From: Deltaproteobacteria bacterium
GTDB taxonomy: Bacteria > Myxococcota_A > UBA9160 > SMWR01
Length of the DNA: 64,000 nucleotides
Direction: 5' to 3'
Assembly: GCA_032128115.1 (NCBI GenBank)
Contig: JAQBHB010000018.1
Span: forward strand, 27,136-91,135
Numbering within the stretch: position 1 is the first letter of the stretch; every line of letters begins with the position of its first letter. The notes under the pieces were generated by a model, which saw only the letters and a list, made by a program, of their open reading frames with translations, did no database searches and was not told the DNA's origin. Positions 15,943 through 28,603 of the stretch are shown piece by piece. Position numbers and translations under genes: made by a program.

Positions 15943-17784
15943 ATGCCCCAAAAGCCCGTCGAAACCCTCGATCGCGTCGCGATCCGATTCACGGGTGACT
16001 CCGGGGACGGCATGCAGCTCACCGGGACCAAGTTCACCGAATCGACCGCATTGGCGGGGAACGACCTCTCGACGCTGCCAGACTATCCCGCCGAGATCCG
16101 GGCCCCGGCGGGAACCCTGGCCGGCGTCTCGGGCTTCCAGGTCCACTTCGCTTCCGTGGACATCCGCACGCCCGCCGACCACCCGGACGTTCTGGTGGCC
16201 TTCAACCCGGCGGCCCTGCGCGCCAACATCGACGACGTGCTGCCCGGCGGCATGATCATCATCAACAGCGACGCCTTCAGCCAGAAAGCCCTGAATCGGG
16301 CCGGGTACCCGGAGGACCCCCGTCCGGGGATTCGCGAGCGATTCGCCCTGGTGGAGATCCCGCTCACCAGCCTGAATCGCACGGCGCTCAAGGACCTGAA
16401 TCTGAGCCAGCGCGACGCGGACCGCTGCAAGAATTTCTTCGCTCTTGGGGTCATGTACTGGTTGTACGCCCGCCCCATGGAGCCCACCCTGGCCTGGCTC
16501 GAGAGCCGCTTCCAGGGAGACGTGCTCGAGGCGAACCAGCGCGTGCTCAAGGCCGGCCACGCTTTCGGCGAGACCACCGAGCTGCTGCCCGTGTCGTACG
16601 TGGTTCCCCGGGCGAAGATCCAGCCCGGCCACTATCGCAACATCACCGGGAACCAGGCGCTGGCCTGGGGCATCGTGGCTGCCGGCCAGCAGATGGAACT
16701 CCCGGTGTTCCTGGGCGCCTATCCCATCACTCCCGCCAGCGACGTGCTGCACGAGGTGGCGCGCTACCGCCACTTCGGAGTCAAGACCTTCCAGGCCGAG
16801 GATGAGATCGCCGCCATGAGCGCCGCCATCGGGGCGTCGTTCGCCGGCTCACTCGGCGCCTGCACCACCAGCGGTCCCGGCTTCATCCTCAAGCAGGAGG
16901 CCCTGGGCCTGGCGGTGATGGCCGAGCTCCCGGTGGTGGTCTTCGACATCCAGCGCGCCGGACCCTCCACCGGGATGCCCACCAAGAACGAGCAGGGAGA
17001 CCTGCTGGCGGCCCTGTACGGGCGCAACTCCGAGAGCCCGCTGGTGGTACTGGCGCCGGCGACCCCGGGGGACTGCTTCTACGTCGCCCTCGAAGCCTTC
17101 CGTCTGGCGGTCCGCTACATGACGCCGGTGGTGGTGCTGTCCGACAGCTACCTGGCCAACAGCTCCGAGCCCTGGCAGATCCCAGACGTTTCGTCCCTGG
17201 CGCGGCATCCGGTGAAAACGGCCACGGACCCCGAGGGGTTCCAACCCTACGCGCGCGACCCGGAAACCCTGGCCCGGCCCTGGGCCGTGCCCGGAACGCC
17301 CGGGCTCGAACACCGGATCGGCGGCCTGGGCACCGAAAACGTCACGGGCAACGTCTCCTACGACCCGCGCAACAATCAGCTCATGATCGAGCTCCGGGCC
17401 GAGAAGGTGGCTCGCATCGCCGCGGAGATCCCGCCGGTCGAAGTCGATGGACCCGAACGCGGCGAACTGATCGTGGTGGGCTGGGGAGGCACCTACGGGG
17501 CCATCCGGTCGGCGGTGGAGGAGGCGCGGGTCGACGGCATGGCGGTCTCGGCGATCCACTTGCGTCACCTGAACCCCTTTCCGGCAAACCTGGGCGAGGT
17601 GCTGAGTCGATTCGACCAGGTGCTCGTTCCCGAACTCAACAGCGGCCACCTCAACCTCCTGCTGCGCGCCAGGTTCCTGGTGCCCGCCAGGTCCCTGAGC
17701 AAGATGCAGGGGCAGCCCTTCAAGGTGGAGGAGATCCGGGAAGCCATCGAACACGCACTGCACGGAGAAGGAGACGAATCGTGA
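15943..17784 (+). CDS. korA: 2-oxoacid:ferredoxin oxidoreductase alpha subunit
   Basis: GDSGDGMQLTG, DYPAEIRAPAGT, YPITPAS, QAEDEIAA, TTSGPG, QRAGPSTGMPTK. Confidence 0.93.
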   Translation: MPQKPVETLDRVAIRFTGDSGDGMQLTGTKFTESTALAGNDLSTLPDYPAEIRAPAGTLAGVSGFQVHFASVDIRTPADHPDVLVAFNPAALRANIDDVLPGGMIIINSDAFSQKALNRAGYPEDPRPGIRERFALVEIPLTSLNRTALKDLNLSQRDADRCKNFFALGVMYWLYARPMEPTLAWLESRFQGDVLEANQRVLKAGHAFGETTELLPVSYVVPRAKIQPGHYRNITGNQALAWGIVAAGQQMELPVFLGAYPITPASDVLHEVARYRHFGVKTFQAEDEIAAMSAAIGASFAGSLGACTTSGPGFILKQEALGLAVMAELPVVVFDIQRAGPSTGMPTKNEQGDLLAALYGRNSESPLVVLAPATPGDCFYVALEAFRLAVRYMTPVVVLSDSYLANSSEPWQIPDVSSLARHPVKTATDPEGFQPYARDPETLARPWAVPGTPGLEHRIGGLGTENVTGNVSYDPRNNQLMIELRAEKVARIAAEIPPVEVDGPERGELIVVGWGGTYGAIRSAVEEARVDGMAVSAIHLRHLNPFPANLGEVLSRFDQVLVPELNSGHLNLLLRARFLVPARSLSKMQGQPFKVEEIREAIEHALHGEGDES

Positions 17785-18809
17785 CCGCCCCTGCCACGCC
17801 GCTTACCGCGCGCGACTTCACGTCCGACCAGGAGGTGCGCTGGTGCCCGGGGTGCGGCGACTACGCCGTGCTGGCCAACATCCAGCGACTCATGCCCGAG
17901 CTGGGGGTCGCGCGAGAGAACGTGGTGTTCGTGTCGGGCATCGGCTGCTCCAGCCGCTTTCCCTACTACATGAACACCTACGGATTCCACACCATCCACG
18001 GCCGGGCGCCGGCCTTCGCCACCGGCATCAAGGCCAGTCGCCCCGACCTGTCGGTGTGGGTGGTGACGGGCGACGGCGACGGACTCTCCATCGGCGGCAA
18101 CCACCTGCTGCACACCATCCGCCGCAACCTGGACCTGCAGATCCTGCTGTTCAACAACCGGGTCTACGGCCTGACCAAGGGACAGTTCTCGCCCACGTCG
18201 CGAACGGGGATGCGCACGAAGTCGACGCCCGACGGGGGCATCGAAAGCCCGGTGGATCCCATCGCCTTCGCCCTGGGCTCCGGCGCCACCTTCGTCGCCC
18301 GCAGCGTGGACGTAGACGCTCCGCACCTGCAGGAAGTCCTGCGACGCGCACACGCACACAAGGGGACCGCCTTCGTCGAGATCCTCCAGAACTGCCCGGT
18401 CTACAACGACGACGAGTGGATCGAGGTCGAGGATCGCAAGCAGCGGGTGGACGCGTCCCTGGTGCTGCGAGACGGCGAGCCCCTGGTGTATGGAGCCAAG
18501 GGGCGCCAGCGCGGCATCCACATCGTCGACGGCGTTCCGTCCGTGGTGAAGCTCAAGGACGACGACGATCCGGTGGCCAAGGGCGTGGCGGTGCACCACG
18601 AGCGCCACGAGACGCCGGCCTACGCCTTCGCCCTGGCCAGCCTGAAGCGCCCTCACTTCCCGATCCCGGTGGGCGTCTACCGCGCGGTGGAGAACCCAAC
18701 GTACGAGAGTCTGCTGGAAGCCCAGGTGACCAACGCCATCGCCAAACGCGGCGCTGGGAACCTGGCCGACCTGCTCGGCTCCGGCGACACCTGGACCATC
18801 GAGCAGTAG
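17781..18809 (+). CDS. korB: 2-oxoacid:ferredoxin oxidoreductase beta subunit
   Basis: WCPGCGD, SGIGCSSR, GDGD...NN TPP-binding motif, YGLTKGQFSPT. Confidence 0.93.
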   Translation: MTAPATPLTARDFTSDQEVRWCPGCGDYAVLANIQRLMPELGVARENVVFVSGIGCSSRFPYYMNTYGFHTIHGRAPAFATGIKASRPDLSVWVVTGDGDGLSIGGNHLLHTIRRNLDLQILLFNNRVYGLTKGQFSPTSRTGMRTKSTPDGGIESPVDPIAFALGSGATFVARSVDVDAPHLQEVLRRAHAHKGTAFVEILQNCPVYNDDEWIEVEDRKQRVDASLVLRDGEPLVYGAKGRQRGIHIVDGVPSVVKLKDDDDPVAKGVAVHHERHETPAYAFALASLKRPHFPIPVGVYRAVENPTYESLLEAQVTNAIAKRGAGNLADLLGSGDTWTIEQ

Positions 18810-18817
18810 CGATCCCT

Positions 18818-19696
18818 CTACTTCAGAAGCCCGGGCATGCGCATGGCGAGGGTTTCGCCCATTTCGGCCGGGGAGCGGCATACCGAGACGCCGGCTGCCT
18901 CCAGTGCCTCGATCTTGTCGGCGGCACGGCCCTTGCCGCCGGCGATGATGGCGCCGGCGTGGCCCATGCGCTTGCCCGGCGGGGCGTTCTGCCCGGCGAT
19001 GAAGGACACCACGGGCTTCTTCATATGGGCCTTGATGAACTCGGCAGCCGTCTCCTCCGCCGATCCCCCGATCTCGCCGATCATCACCACGGCTTCGGTC
19101 TGGGAATCCGCCTCGAACAGCTCGAGCGCGTCCACGAACGAGGTGCCGATTACCGGATCACCGCCAATGCCGAGACACGTGGACTGACCGATGCCCAGGC
19201 GCGAGAGCTGGTCCACCGCCTCGTAGGTGAGCGTTCCCGAACGCGACACGACCCCCACCGGTCCCGGTCGGGTGATCTGGGCAGGCATGATTCCGATCCG
19301 GCACTGTCCCGGCGTCACCACACCGGGACAGTTCGGACCCACCAGACGCGTGTGGCTACCCCGCATGGCGTTCTTGGCCCGCAGCATGTCGAGCACCGGG
19401 ATGCCCTCGGTGATGCACACGACCAGGTCCAACTCGGCGTCGGCCGCCTCCAGGATCGCGTCGGCGGCGCCCGGCGGCGGCACGAAGATCACCGAGGCAT
19501 TGGCCCCCGTTTCCCCCACCGCTTCGCGCACCGAGTTGAAGATCGGAATCCCCTCCAGGATCTGGCCACCCTTGCCCGGCGCCACGCCTCCCACCACGCG
19601 AGTGCCGTACTCCAGTGACAGCTTGGCGTGGAACTGGCCCATGCGGCCCATGCCCTGGATCAGCAGTCGTGTCTCCCGGTCGCACAGGATGGCCAT
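18818..19696 (-). CDS. sucD: Succinyl-CoA synthetase alpha subunit
   Basis: [29 protein letters not shown] phospho-His motif. Confidence 0.96.
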   Translation of the reverse strand: MAILCDRETRLLIQGMGRMGQFHAKLSLEYGTRVVGGVAPGKGGQILEGIPIFNSVREAVGETGANASVIFVPPPGAADAILEAADAELDLVVCITEGIPVLDMLRAKNAMRGSHTRLVGPNCPGVVTPGQCRIGIMPAQITRPGPVGVVSRSGTLTYEAVDQLSRLGIGQSTCLGIGGDPVIGTSFVDALELFEADSQTEAVVMIGEIGGSAEETAAEFIKAHMKKPVVSFIAGQNAPPGKRMGHAGAIIAGGKGRAADKIEALEAAGVSVCRSPAEMGETLAMRMPGLLK

Positions 19697-19698
19697 GG

Positions 19699-23063
<3,365 letters not shown>

Positions 23064-23144
23064 GGAGGCTGCGATATACGGGATTCGCGGCAGGTGCGCC
23101 AGAGGAGGGTGCCGCTGCGCGGCCCCGGGCGGTCGGATTCGGGT

Positions 23145-23423
23145 TCACCGGGGTCCAGAAGGGCGGGGTTCGGCGCCCACCGGGGCCGGCGCATCCGGTG
23201 AGAGGTCGGGAATCGAGAGCCTCTGCCCGGGATACAGCCGCGACGGGTCCACGATCTGGTCGCGATTGGCCCGGTACAGCAAGGGCCACAGGTTGGGATC
23301 GCCGGTGACGACTGCCGCGATCTGCCACAGGGACTCGCCGGGCTGCACCACGTGTACCCGGTCTGCGGCCGCCGGGGACACCATCCACACGATTGCGAGC
23401 ACGAGACCCGTCGCGACCCTCAC
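23145..23423 (-). CDS. Small secreted LysM-domain protein
   Basis: Signal peptide then HVVQPGESLWQIA...WPLLYRANRDQIVDPSRLYPGQRLSIP. GTGA overlap with the aspS stop. Confidence 0.8.
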   Translation of the reverse strand: MRVATGLVLAIVWMVSPAAADRVHVVQPGESLWQIAAVVTGDPNLWPLLYRANRDQIVDPSRLYPGQRLSIPDLSPDAPAPVGAEPRPSGPR

Positions 23424-25255
23424 CCCTGCTCCCGCTCCGGCGTCCGCAGCGTCCGCAGAGACAACTCCCGCAGGGCGTCGTCGGGAACCGGGGTGGGCGC
23501 GTCCATGAGCAGGTCCTGGCCGCGCTGGGTCTTGGGAAACGCGATCACGTCGCGCAGGCTGGGCGCAGCGGCCAACACCATGACCCAGCGGTCGTAGCCG
23601 AAAGCAAAGCCACCGTGGGGAGGCGCGCCCGCGTCCAGGGCGTTGAGCAGGAAACCGAAGTTCCGCTCCGCTTCTTGCTTGGGATATCCGAGCACTTCGA
23701 AGATCCGGCGCTGCACGTCGCTCCGATGGTTGCGGAGACTCCCCGAGCCCAGCTCGACTCCGTTCAGCACCACGTCGTAGTGGGTGCCGCGCACACGCTC
23801 GGGCGCAGTCTCCAGCAGCGGCAGGTCCTCGTCGAGCGGGGCCACGAACGGTTGGTGCGCATAGGTGAGGCCGCCGCGTTCGTCGCGCTCGAAGAGCGGA
23901 AAGTCCACCACGAACAACACGTCCCAGGGACGCGGGTCGACGCGGCCCAGGCGCTGGCCCAGATCGGTGCGCAGGCGCGCCAGGATGGCATTGGCGCGAG
24001 CCGCATCGTCCGCCTGGAACAACAGCAGGCTGCCCGGACGCGCGCCGGTGAGTTCGCTGATGGACTCGCGCTCGGCGTCGGACAGGAACTTCGCGATGGG
24101 GCTCTGCCAGGCGCCGTCGTCGCCGACCCGGATCCAGGCAAGGCCCTTGGCCCCGAGCTCCTTCTTGGCAAACTTCTCCAGGCGATCCACCTCCCCCCGC
24201 GAAAGCTCGCCCGCGTCGTGCACGGGCAGGCACTTCACGATCCCGCCGCGGTCCACGTTCTCGCGGAAGGCCCGGAGACCGCTCTCGCGGAACACCGGGG
24301 TCAGATCCACCAGCGCCAGCTGGATACGCGTGTCGGGGCGGTCGCTCCCATAGCGCGCCATGGCGTCAGCGTGGGAAATGCGCGCAAAGGGACGCGACAG
24401 CTCAACCCCCGTTGCCTCGGCACACCCGGCAACGGTGATCTCCTCCAGGACGTCGAGCACGTCATCGACCTCTACGAAGGACATCTCCAGGTCGATCTGG
24501 GTGAACTCGAGCTGGCGGTCGGCGCGCTGGTCTTCGTCGCGGAAGCAGCGGACGATCTGGAAGTAGCGGTCGAAGCCGGCGATCATCAGCAGCTGCTTCA
24601 TGATCTGGGGCGACTGGGGCAGCGCGTAGAACGAGCCGGGCTGCAGCCTGCTGGGCACGAGAAAGTCGCGCGCCCCCTCGGGCGTGGACTTCGTGAGCAT
24701 GGGCGTCTCGATCTCCAGGAACCCGCGCTCGGAAAGCAGCCGCCGCACCGACTGGTACAGGCGATGGCGCAGGCGCAGGGCCCGCTGCAGGGGCGGACGC
24801 CGCAGATCCTGGATGCGATAGCGCAGACGTGTGCCCTCGTCGGCGTCGGTCTCTTCTTCGATGGCAAAGGGCGGCGGCGACGCGCGATTGAGCAGCCGCA
24901 GGTCGCGCACCGCCACTTCGACCTCGCCCGTGGGCAGGTTTGGATTCACGGTTTCCGGAGAGCGACGCTGAACGGTGCCCTCGACGCCGATCACGTACTC
25001 CGAGCGAAGCTCCGCGGCCCGGCGGTGGGCCTGCTCGCTCACGTCCGGGCGGAACACCACCTGCACCAGGTGCTCGCGGTCGCGCAGGTCCACGAAGATC
25101 ACGCCACCGTGGTCGCGCCGGCGGTGCACCCAACCCGCGAGCGTGACCGTCTCGCCCACCCGCTCGCTCGTCACCTCGCCGGCCGCGTGGCTTCGGCGCA
25201 GGCCAGTCATCGCATCGAGATCGGATTCGCCGCGCGCCACCGACTGCCTCGTCAC
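23420..25255 (-). CDS. aspS: Aspartate--tRNA ligase (start may be 25210)
   Basis: GWVHRRRDHGGVIFVDLRD, PEGARDFLVPSR, LPQSPQ, CFRDED, GAPPHGG, RDVIAFPKT. Confidence 0.96.
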   Translation of the reverse strand: MTRQSVARGESDLDAMTGLRRSHAAGEVTSERVGETVTLAGWVHRRRDHGGVIFVDLRDREHLVQVVFRPDVSEQAHRRAAELRSEYVIGVEGTVQRRSPETVNPNLPTGEVEVAVRDLRLLNRASPPPFAIEEETDADEGTRLRYRIQDLRRPPLQRALRLRHRLYQSVRRLLSERGFLEIETPMLTKSTPEGARDFLVPSRLQPGSFYALPQSPQIMKQLLMIAGFDRYFQIVRCFRDEDQRADRQLEFTQIDLEMSFVEVDDVLDVLEEITVAGCAEATGVELSRPFARISHADAMARYGSDRPDTRIQLALVDLTPVFRESGLRAFRENVDRGGIVKCLPVHDAGELSRGEVDRLEKFAKKELGAKGLAWIRVGDDGAWQSPIAKFLSDAERESISELTGARPGSLLLFQADDAARANAILARLRTDLGQRLGRVDPRPWDVLFVVDFPLFERDERGGLTYAHQPFVAPLDEDLPLLETAPERVRGTHYDVVLNGVELGSGSLRNHRSDVQRRIFEVLGYPKQEAERNFGFLLNALDAGAPPHGGFAFGYDRWVMVLAAAPSLRDVIAFPKTQRGQDLLMDAPTPVPDDALRELSLRTLRTPEREQG

Positions 25256-25260
25256 CCAGA

Positions 25261-25323
25261 TCGTCCGGTCCGTCCGGTCCGTCCGGTTCGTCTGGTTCGT
25301 CTGGTTCGTCTGGTTCGTCTGTT
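25261..25323. repeat. Seven 9-bp tandem units YCGTCYGGT upstream of aspS
   Basis: TCGTCCGGT CCGTCCGGT CCGTCCGGT TCGTCTGGT TCGTCTGGT TCGTCTGGT TCGTCTGTT. Confidence 0.92.
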
Positions 25324-25341
25324 TCTGGAAAAACAGAATGA

Positions 25342-25354
25342 AATCAGCAGGTTG
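25342..25354 (+). promoter_or_regulatory. Putative IHF binding site
   Basis: AATCAGCAGGTTG matches WATCARNNNNTTR exactly and has a 5' A-tract (GAAAAACAG). Confidence 0.45.
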
Positions 25355-25405
25355 GTTAGCGCAGACGAATAGCCACCGCCAGCCGAGCCTGGCCGGTGGG
25401 GGCTC

Positions 25406-26797
25406 TCAAGCCAGATCCGAGGCCGAGCAGACGCAGTTGCGGCCCAACGACTTGGCGCGATACATGGCCTTGTCGGCCAGATCCAGCAGCCCGTCGCGAT
25501 CCAGACGATGGAGCGGGTACGCGGCGATTCCGATGCTGATGGTCAGACGGATGGGGGCGCCCCGGCTCCCCTCGAAGACACTGTCCGCCACCGAGCGCCG
25601 GATCCGCTCGGCAACCTCCCCGCCGGCACGCAGATTCGTGTCCTCCAACAAGATCGTGAATTCATCGCCCCCGTAGCGCGCCAGGGTGTCCACCTGGCGG
25701 ATGCACTGGAGCAGCAACACGGACAGGCGCCGCAGGGTCTGAGAACCCACCAGGTGCCCATGGCGGTCATTCACCAGCTTGAAGTGGTCCAGATCCAGGA
25801 ACAGGACACACAGATCCTTGCCGTAGCGCTCGGCCCTCTGGATCTCGCGCTCGGTGGCCTCGAGCAGGTAGCGCGCGTTGTAGACTCCGGTGACATCGTC
25901 GATGAAGGCGCGTTCCTTGGCGTCGCTGTAGCGCTCGGCGTTTCCCAGGGCGATCTCCGCGTGCTGGGCGATCACGCGGGCGCGTTCGATCTCGTCTTCC
26001 TGGAACGGCCGACCGTCCTCGAAGAGCCAGATCACGCCGGACTCGGCTTCGCTTCCCACCAGGGGGATGGCCAGGGCCGGCCCGGCGTCGATGCCCGCCT
26101 CCTTCAAGCGTTCGTGCAGGACGCCCGCCTCCACCACCGCCAGGGCGTCGGCATGGGGCTCGACGGGCTTTTCGCCCGCCAGCAGATCCCGGAACCCGTG
26201 AGACTGATTCTGCTCGAAGCCGCGGAACGCCACCCCATCCGAGTTGGGGAGCTGCGGGCGCCGGAACAGCGCGAGCCCCCGGACGCGGGGCAGCGCCGCC
26301 AACAGCAGGTCGAGCGCCACGCCGTACACCTCGTCGGCGTCCAGGCAGCGAAGCAGGGTCTCGCAGGATTCGAGCGTTCGAAGCGACGCCCGCAGCCGCG
26401 CATTCTCTCGGAGCAGGCGGCGCCCCGTGACCAGCCGCTCGACGCAGCGGGACAGCTCGGTCTGCTGCACCGGCTTGACCAGGTAGTCCACAGCACCCAG
26501 GCGCAGCGCGCCCACTGCACTCTCTACCGACGCGTGGGCCGTGAGCAGCACGAAGTCGGTGCCCGGGTGACTGCGTCGAACCCGTTCGAGGAGCTCGATC
26601 CCAGTCATTCCGGGCATCTCCAGATCGGAAAGGACCAGGTCGGCGGACTCGCGGCGCAACGCAGCCAGTGCCGCTTCGCCGTTCTCGCAGCACTCCACGC
26701 GGAAGCTCGGCGCAAGGCCATCGCGCACGAACTCGCGGGTGAGCCGATCGTCGTCGACCACCAACACCCGCGCACGTTCTTGGGGCCCCACCATCAT
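25406..26797 (-). CDS. Response regulator diguanylate cyclase (REC-GAF-like-GGDEF)
   Basis: VLVVDDD...SDLEMP...YLVKP receiver; DLDHFKLVND, RQVD I-site, RYGGDEF. Confidence 0.92.
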   Translation of the reverse strand: MMVGPQERARVLVVDDDRLTREFVRDGLAPSFRVECCENGEAALAALRRESADLVLSDLEMPGMTGIELLERVRRSHPGTDFVLLTAHASVESAVGALRLGAVDYLVKPVQQTELSRCVERLVTGRRLLRENARLRASLRTLESCETLLRCLDADEVYGVALDLLLAALPRVRGLALFRRPQLPNSDGVAFRGFEQNQSHGFRDLLAGEKPVEPHADALAVVEAGVLHERLKEAGIDAGPALAIPLVGSEAESGVIWLFEDGRPFQEDEIERARVIAQHAEIALGNAERYSDAKERAFIDDVTGVYNARYLLEATEREIQRAERYGKDLCVLFLDLDHFKLVNDRHGHLVGSQTLRRLSVLLLQCIRQVDTLARYGGDEFTILLEDTNLRAGGEVAERIRRSVADSVFEGSRGAPIRLTISIGIAAYPLHRLDRDGLLDLADKAMYRAKSLGRNCVCSASDLA

Positions 26798-26947
26798 CCG
26801 GATTCCCCGTTTCCCCACCCGTATCGGCGTATCGGCGCCCTGAGTTGCGTGCCTGAGAGGGTACCGAGGCAAGATGCCGGGATCGAGGGAGAATCGCCAC
26901 GGCTGCGGCGGAGCCGAGCGAGGTCCGGGGGATTATCTTCGCGCCCC

Positions 26948-28576
26948 ATGCCCCCCCTCCAGGAAGAGCTCGATCGCTATCGCCGTGAGGTGGAGGGCTT
27001 TCGCTGGGACGCCCCGGATGCGTTCAACTTCGGCCGCGACGTGGTGGACGCTTTCGCGACCGATCCGGAGCGACCCGCCCTGCTGTGGCGCAACGCAGCG
27101 GGAGACGAGCGGCGCCTGACCTTCGAGAACGTGTCCCACGGCTCGAACCGGGCGGCGAACCTGTTGCGCTCCCTGGGCGTTGCGCCGGGTCAGCCAGTGA
27201 TCGTGATGCTACCCCGCGTGCCCGAGTGGCAGATGGTCACGGTCGGCGCTCTCAAGGCCGGGGCCCTCGTGATTCCCTGCGCTTCGATCCTGCGCCCCAA
27301 GGACATCAGCTATCGCGCCGCGCACAGCGGCGCCGTGGCCGTGGTAACGACCCGCGCCCAGGCCGGCGCAGTGGACGCGGTGCGCGCAGACCTCCCGGGG
27401 CTTCGTCACTTCCTGGCGTTGGACGACGGGAGCGAGGCGCCCGCTGGCGACTGGCTCGACCTGACTACGGCGATGGCAGCGGCGCCAAACGACGACAGCG
27501 CCGGACACCCGACCCGCGCGTCGGATCCCGCGCTGGTCTACTACACGTCCGGAACCACCGGCCCTCCCAAGGCGGTGTTGCACGACCACGCCTACACCTG
27601 GGCCCAGCGACACACCAGCCGCTTCTGGCACGCGCTTCGCGAGGGCGATCGACTCTGGACCACGAGCGACACGGGCTGGGCCAAGGCTGCATACGGTGTG
27701 ATCTTCGGCCCGTGGAGTCTGGGCGCCGAGGTCTTCCTCTACGAGGGCCGCTTCGAGGCGCGCCGCGAGCTGGCGCTGTTGGCCGACGTGTCGCCCCAGG
27801 TCTTCTGCGCACCCCCCACGGAGTTCCGGATGCTGGTGAAGGAGAACCTGGCGGACTTCCGGTTTCCGGCACTGCGCGAGTGCGTTTCCGCAGGCGAGCC
27901 GCTCAACCCGGAGGTGATCCGGGCATGGCGCGACGCCACCGGGATTTCCATCCGCGATGGCTATGGCCAGACCGAGAGCATCCTGCTGATCGCCAACTTC
28001 CCGGGCATGGCGGTGCGTCCCGGCTCCATGGGACTGCCCATGCCGGGGCACGAGATCCAGGTGATCGACGCGTCCGGAGATCCCCTGCCGCCGGGCGGGG
28101 TGGGTGACATCGCCGTGCGGGGACGGCCTCCGGGACTTTTCGCGGGCTACTGGAAGGACGACCTGGCCAGTGCCGCATGTCGCCGCGGCGACTGGTATGT
28201 CAGCGGGGACCGGGCCTACCGCGACGAGGACGGCTACTTCTGGTTCGTGGCCCGCGCCGACGACGTGATCATCTCGGCGGGCTACCGGATCGGACCGTTC
28301 GAGGTGGAGAGCGCGCTCCTGGAGCACCCGGACGTCGTGGAGGCGGCCGCCGTGGCCGCGCCCGACCCGGACCGGGGTTCGATCGTGAAGGCCTACGTGG
28401 TGGTGCGCGAAGGGGTGGAGGCGGACGCGACCCTGGCCCGGCGCCTGCAGCAGCACGTGAAGGACACCACGGCACCCTACAAGTACCCCCGGGTCGTGGA
28501 GTTCGTGGACGAACTCCCCAAGACCGTGAGCGGGAAGATCCGACGGGTCGAGCTGCGGGAGCGGGCCGGACGCTGA
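26948..28576 (+). CDS. Medium-chain acyl-CoA synthetase (AMP-forming)
   Basis: YYTSGTTGPPK, SDTGWAK, YGQTE, GDRAY, YRIGPFEVES, PKTVSGKIRR. Confidence 0.92.
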   Translation: MPPLQEELDRYRREVEGFRWDAPDAFNFGRDVVDAFATDPERPALLWRNAAGDERRLTFENVSHGSNRAANLLRSLGVAPGQPVIVMLPRVPEWQMVTVGALKAGALVIPCASILRPKDISYRAAHSGAVAVVTTRAQAGAVDAVRADLPGLRHFLALDDGSEAPAGDWLDLTTAMAAAPNDDSAGHPTRASDPALVYYTSGTTGPPKAVLHDHAYTWAQRHTSRFWHALREGDRLWTTSDTGWAKAAYGVIFGPWSLGAEVFLYEGRFEARRELALLADVSPQVFCAPPTEFRMLVKENLADFRFPALRECVSAGEPLNPEVIRAWRDATGISIRDGYGQTESILLIANFPGMAVRPGSMGLPMPGHEIQVIDASGDPLPPGGVGDIAVRGRPPGLFAGYWKDDLASAACRRGDWYVSGDRAYRDEDGYFWFVARADDVIISAGYRIGPFEVESALLEHPDVVEAAAVAAPDPDRGSIVKAYVVVREGVEADATLARRLQQHVKDTTAPYKYPRVVEFVDELPKTVSGKIRRVELRERAGR

Positions 28577-28603
28577 CGCGCCCGCCCACCGCGATCACGC
28601 GCC

